A DNA stretch of 64,000 nucleotides from Bythopirellula sp. GTDB taxonomy: Bacteria; Planctomycetota; Planctomycetia; Pirellulales; Lacipirellulaceae. A model generated the notes under the pieces. It had not been told where the DNA came from and did no database searches. It saw only the letters and a list, made by a program, of their open reading frames with translations. Below, piece by piece: positions 21,211 through 29,170 of this stretch (position 1 is its first letter; every line of letters begins with the position of its first letter). The stretch covers positions 4,224,001 through 4,288,000 of the forward strand of contig OZ244170.1 of the NCBI GenBank assembly GCA_965216565.1, read 5' to 3'. The position numbers and the translations under genes are program-made.

Positions 21211-22137
21211 ATGAAAATCGTCTCAGAAATCCAATTACGAATTCTGCCAATCTTACTTGTCTTCGCTGCTTGCGAATTGTTCGGTTACACCTTAACGGCC
21301 AAGGCTCAGTCCGACTCAATAGACACGACAAAAGTGATGAGCTTCAACGTACGATTTGGAAAGGCCGACGATGGCCCCAATCGATGGGATGCACGCCGAG
21401 ACTTAGTCGTTAAGACCGTGAAAGATTTTGATCCCGATATTTTGGGCACTCAGGAAATGATGGGATTTCAATCGAAATTCTTTCAGCAACAGCTAACAGA
21501 TTATGGCTATCACGGAACCAGCCGTATTCCCACCGATGACGATCAAGAGCAGTGTACCATTTTCTATCGCACGTCCAGGTTCGAGAAAACTGATGCGGGT
21601 CACTTTTGGTTGAGTGAATCGCCCGATCAGCCTGGATCAATCTCCTGGGATTCGTCGCTGCCACGCATGGCTTCTTGGGTAAAACTAGTCAATCGGCGAG
21701 ACCCCAATCGCGAATTCTTCGTTTTCAATACTCACTTTGACCATGTTGGACAAGAAGCCCGACTGCAAGCGTCTGCGCTCCTCCGCCAACGGATTCAGAC
21801 CATTGCTGATGGTATGCCGACAATTGTCACTGGAGATTTCAACTCTGCTGAAAACAGCATTGCTCACCGAGTTCTATTGTTTGCCACAAAGCAGCTTACC
21901 CTGATTGATACATTTCAATCTGTAAGAACGCGGCCCGATCCCAATGCAGAGTCGACCTCCTCGCGGTGGAGTGGCAACCGTAAGGGGAGACGCATTGATT
22001 GGATCTTATGTTCATCTCACTGGGACGTAGCACACGCCGCAATCGATCGGTCGAACGACGAAGGGCGATATCCCTCGGATCACTATCCCGTAACAGCGCA
22101 CATCTCGCTTAAGTCTGAAGAGGTGACCGGCAAGTAG
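21211..22137 (+). CDS. Secreted endonuclease/exonuclease/phosphatase (EEP) family protein
   Basis: VMSFNVR, DILGTQE, GHFWLSE.P, FNTHFDH, TGDFN, RIDWI, PSDHYPV; hydrophobic leader. Confidence 0.9.
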   Translation: MKIVSEIQLRILPILLVFAACELFGYTLTAKAQSDSIDTTKVMSFNVRFGKADDGPNRWDARRDLVVKTVKDFDPDILGTQEMMGFQSKFFQQQLTDYGYHGTSRIPTDDDQEQCTIFYRTSRFEKTDAGHFWLSESPDQPGSISWDSSLPRMASWVKLVNRRDPNREFFVFNTHFDHVGQEARLQASALLRQRIQTIADGMPTIVTGDFNSAENSIAHRVLLFATKQLTLIDTFQSVRTRPDPNAESTSSRWSGNRKGRRIDWILCSSHWDVAHAAIDRSNDEGRYPSDHYPVTAHISLKSEEVTGK

Positions 22138-22206
22138 TCATTATGACAAACCAATGCCGTCTCGATGCAAACGCAATGATGGTATGGCCAACAGACTCTC
22201 TCTAGC

Positions 22207-25200
22207 CTAGAGCAGTTCAGAGAATTCGGGCCTGATTGCTTCTTCAGAATGCATGCCTTGTTCTGCGAATGCTTGCTCGTAAGCATGCAAATCCAGTTCC
22301 TCACTAATCGGAATTCGTACTAAGACCTGATTAGGTTGCAGATCATAGCTCTCGTCACTGTTCAGTAGAGAGCTATTTTGCTGCTCGATTGCATCTTGAT
22401 CATCCTCTGCGGAGCCTTGGTTCGCCACAGCCCAGAGCAGCATGCCAGCGTCTCGAACTGCGCTGAGACCAGGCGAAGGTGACGATTCAATTGTCTGAGC
22501 CGAGGAAGCAGCGAGTGTGGGTTCAGACGAAAAGCTCGAAGCGGTTGCGATTTGAGAACTAGCAGGTGCCGCCAATGGTTGCGACTGGCTGAGACTCACC
22601 TGCCAAGTTAGGAAATCAATTCCGTCGACATAACCACTCGCATCCCCGTCTGCTCCTTGGCCAGTGGGGATAGTTGACCCGTAATCGTTTGTCCACTTCG
22701 TTAAATCACTTGTTCCGACCGAACCGTTTTCATCATAGTCACCAGCAATGGCCGGTACACCGACTATGCTAAAAGTTGAGGTCTCAAACGAATCCCCAAT
22801 ATTGCCCCGGCCATCGGTAGGAGTAAGACGCAGTTGGTAAGTGCCTGAAGTGAGTCCGGTTGTATCCCAACTAAATACGTCGGACCAGGTACTTTCGCCA
22901 GTTGAGACGTTATATCCACTAGACGATGCAACGCTTGCATGTTCGATCGCCCTCCCCGCCTCATTCCATGTTGCCCCTCCGTTGTTCGTCCACTCGATAT
23001 CAACCAGGTTGTCTTCTTGTCCAGTCCATTGATCCATGGTGCCTGTTTTCCAATCGTCAGTGAGCGACAAGACGACTGAAACGAGGTTCTGCGGTGTGTT
23101 GACTATCGCAAATCCAGATTGCAACTCCGGACTGATAAGATCTCCAAAAGAGTGCAGCACACGCACATGATCGATTGGAATATTGTTGCCAGTAATCCGA
23201 AAGTCCGAAGCACCATTCTGTCTGTTGCCAAAGTAGGCATTGTCCAAGTAGAAGCGAGCAGTCCGCCATTGTCCACTATTTTCCAGGGTAACCGAATTCG
23301 CATTCTGATAAGCGGCGCTGGTGGAATCGTACTGGATATTTAGATTTCCGAAGCCAACATCTCTATAGGTCACTTCCACGATGGCATTCAGTCCGGCTTC
23401 GACTTCGCTTGCGAAGCTGTCATCAATTCGCATGTACATGTACAGGGAAGTGGGTGTACCAGAAAGCTGCCGAACCATGCGGCCATCGTTGGTGGTTGCC
23501 GTGGTTTGGCCATCCCCCGCCAGTTCTACCTGCTCTAGCCCCTTGCTGGCATTGGTGTTTCCCAAATCGGCATCAACTGCCAACATACTTTCCTTGATCA
23601 CGCGCACGCGTCGAACAAACAAATTCCCGCCTGCTCTCTCTAGTCGGAAATCCGCGTTGCCAGTTTGGCTGTTGCCAAAGTATGCATCTGATAGGTTGAA
23701 ACGGTGCGTTCGCCACTCGCCACTATTGGTTAATAGAGCAGCACTACTAGCCTTCGTAGATGAGGTTGTCGAATCGTATTCCACCTCGAAATTACCCGTA
23801 CCCGAGTCCAGATATTCCACTTCGATCGTGACATCTCGGCCGTCAACTTCTTGGAAGAGGAATCCATCATCAACCTGAAAATGCATTAAGTCATCAGTGG
23901 AAAAGATCGCATCGAAAGTATTACCATCGATGGTGAATGGCATGGTTTGGATTTGGCCACCCGCGACACTGACGTAATCTAGGCGATCGCTTCCAGAACC
24001 TTGCCAAACAACTTCGCCGCCAACATTCGCCCGATTTTCTAGTTCTGCTTCGGTGGGAATTGTGTCGTTAATTGAAATCTTGTTTTGCAACGCTTGCTTT
24101 GCCTGCCCTGTCAGTGCCAGCCACCAATCATTTGGCCTGGGGTCGCTGGTCTGATAGGTGAGTGGGTCGCCCTGGGCGTCTGTGTCGGGGACAGGAGGAT
24201 CGTCGCTAGCCGGTATGATATTCGTCCCCTCGTCATACTCATCGAACATTCCGATGAAGTACCAGGGGGCGTTGGTTTCGTTGGCAGCATCACTGATCAT
24301 GCGCCAATAGAATTCGCCATCTTCACGGTCGAGTGATGTGGCCGTGTCGTCGTTCTGCAAATGAGTCCAGGAAAACCCAGGGAAAATGTGAGGGATATGA
24401 TCGGCTGTGCCGTTGAGAATCGCTTCGTTGGGAGCAAACGAGTCACCACCCCACCAATACCCTTGCCAAGGGATGTAGGCATCGTTCAGGTTCGCATTGG
24501 CATGTTGCGTGGGTGTCTGTGTATGCCGACCTGCACCTATTACATACACGCCCTGATTCTTGAAATAATTGACTAAGTCCGTCTGCTGGGCCGTCGTATA
24601 GCTATTTCCGCTGCTCACGTAGAGTCCGAAAATTGCAACAACTGGCTTGCCATCTTCACTCTGGTAGTGCGAGTCGTTCAGCATGTCGAAGCCATTGACG
24701 TCGCTCAAGTATTCCCAATCGTCCTTAACCTGTTGAATCCTTTCCCATCTTTGAGCTTCGGTGCCTCCGTTTTGAATATCGTATTCGATCGCCCAGGTAC
24801 GTCCCTCGCGATGCGCCGCGTCGCGGGCATTCACAACGGGCCATTGCGGCTCGCCGACATAGGAGTTATCGGGCTGTTTAAACATGAACGACTCAGTGAA
24901 CCGCTGCACAAAAACACCATCGATATCATGCTCGCGCATCCATTGGAAATGGCGATTTACTACTGAGGCATTGGCTGAGGAAAATAGATATGCTTGCTCG
25001 CCGCTAGCGGTCGATACACCCGGCACCGCGAATACCTCGGTCGAGTCGTAGTCATTCACATCGGGCCACTGCTCCACGGACCAATCGCCCGGATTGCCCC
25101 AGTGGACGTATCCTTCGTCGGTAGCATCGTTGGGAGTATTAAACCACCCTTGATAGCCTGCCAGTACTTTCCCCTTGAGCGTGGAAGCATCGACTTCCCT

Positions 25201-25752
25201 GCTGAACCCTTGGTAAGGAGCTTGCCAGGGAGGCGAATCAACATATTCCAAACCACTATTCGGAAATGGCGTGTCCGATATTTGTACAGAAGAGACTGGC
25301 GTACCAAATGCAACGACGCGGAAATCATGACCGTTAGAACCATTCTGGAACTGTACGTTGTCCAGGTAATGGTACGAATTTACAAATTCTTGCGAATCAA
25401 CACGCGAGGATCGCGTGTGAAACTCCGTTTGATCGAAATTGCTTGCGACACTGTCGTATTGAAATCTGACCGTTCCAGAGCCTTCGTCAAAGTAATTGAT
25501 TTTGGCGTAAAGAGTATCGCCAGCCTGAAAGCCAGGAAAATTGGAGGGGTTGGTATTGTAATAGAGATAGGCTGGTCCAACGTAAACGTTAGTGCTATCC
25601 CGCTGCTCTAAGCTCCAGGTGCCATCGCCACTATTGGACGAGGGCGTCGTAAACGTAAGGGTTGTTAAGAGGACTCGATTTTCGAGTCTCTCAAAAGTTG
25701 ATTTGCGGCCGGCTAGTGAAGCAGTAGAGTTATTCTTCGATTCCGTGCTCAT
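22207..25752 (-). CDS. Large extracellular GH99/GH71-like hydrolase with three repeated beta-sandwich-like modules and dockerin-like C-terminus
   Basis: TFERLENRVLL motif; LKGKVLAGYQGWF, WMREHDIDGVFVQRF, FPGFSWTHL, GMFDEYDEGT; three copies of a Y.D.G.G.....YDS...DFR module; GDYDENGSV...GDASGYVDGIDFLTWQ. Confidence 0.8.
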   Translation of the reverse strand: MSTESKNNSTASLAGRKSTFERLENRVLLTTLTFTTPSSNSGDGTWSLEQRDSTNVYVGPAYLYYNTNPSNFPGFQAGDTLYAKINYFDEGSGTVRFQYDSVASNFDQTEFHTRSSRVDSQEFVNSYHYLDNVQFQNGSNGHDFRVVAFGTPVSSVQISDTPFPNSGLEYVDSPPWQAPYQGFSREVDASTLKGKVLAGYQGWFNTPNDATDEGYVHWGNPGDWSVEQWPDVNDYDSTEVFAVPGVSTASGEQAYLFSSANASVVNRHFQWMREHDIDGVFVQRFTESFMFKQPDNSYVGEPQWPVVNARDAAHREGRTWAIEYDIQNGGTEAQRWERIQQVKDDWEYLSDVNGFDMLNDSHYQSEDGKPVVAIFGLYVSSGNSYTTAQQTDLVNYFKNQGVYVIGAGRHTQTPTQHANANLNDAYIPWQGYWWGGDSFAPNEAILNGTADHIPHIFPGFSWTHLQNDDTATSLDREDGEFYWRMISDAANETNAPWYFIGMFDEYDEGTNIIPASDDPPVPDTDAQGDPLTYQTSDPRPNDWWLALTGQAKQALQNKISINDTIPTEAELENRANVGGEVVWQGSGSDRLDYVSVAGGQIQTMPFTIDGNTFDAIFSTDDLMHFQVDDGFLFQEVDGRDVTIEVEYLDSGTGNFEVEYDSTTSSTKASSAALLTNSGEWRTHRFNLSDAYFGNSQTGNADFRLERAGGNLFVRRVRVIKESMLAVDADLGNTNASKGLEQVELAGDGQTTATTNDGRMVRQLSGTPTSLYMYMRIDDSFASEVEAGLNAIVEVTYRDVGFGNLNIQYDSTSAAYQNANSVTLENSGQWRTARFYLDNAYFGNRQNGASDFRITGNNIPIDHVRVLHSFGDLISPELQSGFAIVNTPQNLVSVVLSLTDDWKTGTMDQWTGQEDNLVDIEWTNNGGATWNEAGRAIEHASVASSSGYNVSTGESTWSDVFSWDTTGLTSGTYQLRLTPTDGRGNIGDSFETSTFSIVGVPAIAGDYDENGSVGTSDLTKWTNDYGSTIPTGQGADGDASGYVDGIDFLTWQVSLSQSQPLAAPASSQIATASSFSSEPTLAASSAQTIESSPSPGLSAVRDAGMLLWAVANQGSAEDDQDAIEQQNSSLLNSDESYDLQPNQVLVRIPISEELDLHAYEQAFAEQGMHSEEAIRPEFSELL

Positions 25753-25866
25753 TGACCTCTGTCCCTACTAAAGTTGTTGATTGGTTGAACTGTTGTACAG
25801 AGGAAGTTCAAGCAAACGCCTGCAGGCGCGGCTCGCACGCATATACTGAGTCAGCCCAAGTCTCAG

Positions 25867-25884
25867 TATACCAATACTGGTCTA
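25867..25884. promoter_or_regulatory. Operator palindrome TATACCAATACTGGTCTA overlapping an extended -10 (TGG-TATACT, minus strand)
   Basis: Read directly, about 115 bp upstream of the 22207-25752 gene. Confidence 0.8.
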
Positions 25885-26112
25885 CTTAGCCAGCATTTGG
25901 GGAGATTCCACCAGAAGGCCCACATTTGAGCCTCATGGATTAGGAATGGATTCCCCATGATCTCACCCCACCGCGTGTATGCAGCCATTCTTGGGATCCG
26001 CTGCTGCCTCTCGATTTATAGAGGCTCGACTCATATTTAATAGGGTCAGGTGGAAATGGGCTTGGTGAAAAAGCAGCGAAAATGACTTTTCCAGGGATCA
26101 GAATTCATTTGC

Positions 26113-26140
26113 TTGACAACTAGACCAATATTGGTACAGT
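26113..26140 (+). promoter_or_regulatory. sigma70-like promoter (TTGACA-N16-TACAGT) with operator TAGACCAATATTGGTACA (26121-26138)
   Basis: Read directly upstream of the PEP-CTERM gene. Confidence 0.82.
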
Positions 26141-26290
26141 AGAGCTATTGACACTGCTTTTCTAGATGGAGGGATTTTGAGGGTCTCGTGGCTTACGGGG
26201 CAAATGCCGTGCGATCTCCTCAAAGCGTTCCAATGATCTAATTGTTTCTTGATCCAGACTAGTTTTCTTTTTTTGGAGGGAGTAAAGCTC

Positions 26291-27208
26291 ATGAAGCGTG
26301 CAGCAATATTTAGTTTGGTAGCCAGCCTTTTGGTGGCAAGCCTTGCGGTCGTCGACCAAGCAGACGCCGCCACCCTGCGTTACCGTGCAAGTGGCGACTG
26401 GAGCCTGATTACTGATGGGGTAACCCCCGGCTGGGGTCCCAACCCTAGCGGCGTTGGTGTTTCGTTGCCTGGGGCTGGTGACGATGCCCGTATTAACTTT
26501 GGTAACAATACAGTTACGGTAACATCCGCAGTTCCTACTGTGAGTCGAGTTCAAATCGGTGTGGACGAAAGCGGAAACGTAGTGGTCGCCAATGGTGGCA
26601 CTCTCTCAGCCGACCTCGATATTCTCGCTGGAAACAACAACTCCAACGCCACCGGAAATCTAATCGTCAATAGCGGTGGAACGGTAAATGTTGGCCGAAT
26701 CTTATGGTCTGCCAACGATAGTTCGGACGGCAATATCACCATTGATGCAGGTGGCCAGGTCAACGTGGCCAGTCACCTGTGGTTGGGTGTAACGGGAACT
26801 TCCATAATAAATATTGATGGTACGCTGACTCAAACCGGTGGTATTTTGGGTCTTGGTACAAACAACGCTTCGACTCCTAATGGCGGTACGGCCACGGTGA
26901 ATGTCAACAGTGGCGGGCTTCTGGCTTTGAACAACATTTCTAGTGCAGGTGGACTGCCATCGGTTCAAGCTGGTTCGCTGCTGAATATTACCGGAACTGG
27001 CGAAATCACTGTTCCCGGTGATTTCACTAGTACGTTGCAGGCCTATGAGGATGCCGGCAAGCTTGTTGGTAATCTTGGAGTATCTGATGTGACGATCAAC
27101 CTCACCAAGAATCCTGGCTTTACGACTGCATTCATAGTTCCAGAGCCCGCTAGCCTTATGTTGTTCGCTCTGGGGATGAGTGGGATCCTGCTTCGCAAGC
27201 GAAGCTAA
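26291..27208 (+). CDS. PEP-CTERM surface protein with Gly/Asn-rich beta-helix-like repeats
   Basis: GGAGG RBS then MKRAAIF signal peptide; repeated VNSGG-type strands; VPEPASLMLFALGMSGILLRKRS. Confidence 0.85.
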   Translation: MKRAAIFSLVASLLVASLAVVDQADAATLRYRASGDWSLITDGVTPGWGPNPSGVGVSLPGAGDDARINFGNNTVTVTSAVPTVSRVQIGVDESGNVVVANGGTLSADLDILAGNNNSNATGNLIVNSGGTVNVGRILWSANDSSDGNITIDAGGQVNVASHLWLGVTGTSIINIDGTLTQTGGILGLGTNNASTPNGGTATVNVNSGGLLALNNISSAGGLPSVQAGSLLNITGTGEITVPGDFTSTLQAYEDAGKLVGNLGVSDVTINLTKNPGFTTAFIVPEPASLMLFALGMSGILLRKRS

Positions 27209-27254
27209 ACTCCAGGCATGCATAGAAATGTTTTAACTCGATGAATTATCAAAC

Positions 27255-27296
27255 GGTTGGACCAAGTCACACCTCGGCTTGGTCCAACCTTTTTTT
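27255..27296 (+). terminator. Rho-independent terminator
   Basis: 12-bp stem GGTTGGACCAAG / CTTGGTCCAACC followed by T7. Confidence 0.85.
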
Positions 27297-27426
27297 GGCG
27301 CTGGGTTGAAAGAATCAATTTTGGATCACACCAAACCAGATCCAGCCAGGAGACCAATTAGCAGTCCCTCGAACGCAAAGTGAACGAATTTGACATCGAG
27401 ATTATCGGAAAATCTCATCCAATCGC

Positions 27427-27454
27427 TTGACAACTAGACCAGATTTGGTATACC
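27427..27454 (+). promoter_or_regulatory. sigma70-like promoter with operator TAGACCAGATTTGGTATA (27435-27452)
   Basis: TTGACA AC TAGACCAGATTTGG TATACC; GCTTGACAACTAGACCA is identical to the 26113 promoter. Confidence 0.8.
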
Positions 27455-27854
27455 ATACATTAATGGCGAGGGCAGGCTTATTTGCCGCTTGGTGGGAGTG
27501 TTTTCAACCTGTGTCACAGGATCATTCTCACCGACTTATTTTTGAAGCTGAGAATTTTCGCCGCAGGCTATTTCGAAAAACTACTTCACTGAATCGTTGG
27601 TGCAAGAACAAGTTTTTAGTCGTAACAGAATCGATTTCGGTTTGTTGAAATTGGACCTGGCTATTCGGGCAGCCTAGCTAGGGCGATCTCAGGCCAAGGC
27701 CACGTCGGCTTCGTATCACCGCCGTGGCACCTTTGGCTTAGAGGGGAATCGACTCGATATGAGGGAAACGGTACCAAATTGTTTCATGAGCGGCTCCGGT
27801 ATTCACGCCGCCGCTCAAACTACTTATCTCGACTTTTAGGGAGATGGACTACTG

Positions 27855-28982
27855 ATGAAGACTTCAAACACAATTCGTAGCATCCAGATGGCTGCCGTTT
27901 TCATTTTTTCTGCCATGCTAATTACCGACCAGGCCTGGTCTGTTGTCTTTCGTTACAGGCAGAGTGGTAACTGGGGTGAAGTTAGCGACGGTGTAACTGA
28001 GGGTTGGTTGGTAAACCCCGCTGACCCCAATGGTGCCGCCGTCCCTGGGCCAAGTGACGAGGCTCGAATCAACTTCGGTTTTAACACGGTGGTTATTGAA
28101 CCCGATCCCAATGCTGGTCCTGATCCAAATGGTTTTTCAGGGGTTGCTGTAATCGACAACTTGAAGATCGGTGTCGATGAATCTGGTGTTCTAGAGGTTA
28201 ATGACGGTGGTAGCTTAACCGTTACCGATGCCAACATCGGTCACAATGGTTCCGTCCAAGGCGTTATGGATATCAACAATGGCGGCGTTGTAAATGTGAC
28301 GAACAATCTGTTCATGGGAAGAGTAGACGCGACCAGTCAAGGCTTCCTTAATGTGAACCCCGGCGGTGTGTTGAATGTGGGTCAGCACCTCTGGTTAGGC
28401 GGTGACGGTCCAGCCACAGTCTTTATCGAAGGTACCGTGAATCAAGCTACCGGTATTCTCGGGCTTGGTTCGATTGACTTTAATCTCGCTAACACTGGAT
28501 CTGCTACCGTTAATGTATTGAGCGGCGGCGAATTGAATCTCAACAACATTCACGCCGATCCAAACCAGCTTCTCTCCATTCAGCCGGGCTCAGTAATTGA
28601 TCTCCAGGGATCTGGCCGAGTAACACTTCCAGGAAACTTCGTTGACGTGCTGCAGGCTTATGAAGATGGTGGCCGAATTACCGGGAATGGCTCGACGGAT
28701 AATGTCGACATCACCACGGAGACAATCGTAGGAGGTCCTGGAGATTTCGATTCGAATGGGATCGTCGACGGCTTAGATTTCTTGGCTTGGCAAGTTGATC
28801 CAAATCTTGGCGACCTCGCCGATTGGGAAGCGAATTATGGTACGGCTGGACTCCAAACAGTAGTAACTTTAGCTGCCCCTGCATTGTCGGCAGCTACGGG
28901 CGTGCCTGAACCCGGAAGCTTGGCGCTGATGCTAATCGGCTCGTGTGCCGTTAGCCGCGTGAGGCGAAGACGTATCAATTAA
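27855..28982 (+). CDS. PEP-CTERM surface protein, paralog of 26291-27208, with a dockerin-like insert
   Basis: FRYRQSGNW..DGVTEGW, EARINFGFNTV, KIGVDESG, HLWLG, GILGLG shared with the paralog; GDFDSNGIVDGLDFLAWQ; VPEPGS...RRRR. Confidence 0.85.
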   Translation: MKTSNTIRSIQMAAVFIFSAMLITDQAWSVVFRYRQSGNWGEVSDGVTEGWLVNPADPNGAAVPGPSDEARINFGFNTVVIEPDPNAGPDPNGFSGVAVIDNLKIGVDESGVLEVNDGGSLTVTDANIGHNGSVQGVMDINNGGVVNVTNNLFMGRVDATSQGFLNVNPGGVLNVGQHLWLGGDGPATVFIEGTVNQATGILGLGSIDFNLANTGSATVNVLSGGELNLNNIHADPNQLLSIQPGSVIDLQGSGRVTLPGNFVDVLQAYEDGGRITGNGSTDNVDITTETIVGGPGDFDSNGIVDGLDFLAWQVDPNLGDLADWEANYGTAGLQTVVTLAAPALSAATGVPEPGSLALMLIGSCAVSRVRRRRIN

Positions 28983-29012
28983 GTTCTTGTCTACTGACAA
29001 GCAGACCTTTCA

Positions 29013-29051
29013 TGCCCCTACTGACATCCAGCATGGGTGTCAGTAGGGGCA
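29013..29051. other. Strong intergenic hairpin without U-tract (mRNA stabiliser or partial terminator)
   Basis: TGCCCCTACTGACATCC-AGCAT-GGGTGTCAGTAGGGGCA, a 17-bp stem with one G:U pair. Confidence 0.6.
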
Positions 29052-29170
29052 CTTCAAAACAACACTGTGAATTCGTTTAGTAGATCCTAAAGAATTCTAG
29101 TCCCGAACACTGTAGCGTGTATCGAAATCGCATTCGGCAGTTCTTGCTTTCTTCCCAATGGAGTTCTCAG

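Noticed and set aside
26196..26232. GGGCAAA...CAAAG considered as a c-di-GMP-I riboswitch
   Set aside because: Lacks the GAAA-capped stem, the GACGCAAAG spacing and the second hairpin
27770..27786. GGTACCAAATTGTTTC partial operator-like sequence
   Set aside because: Only one half-site matches
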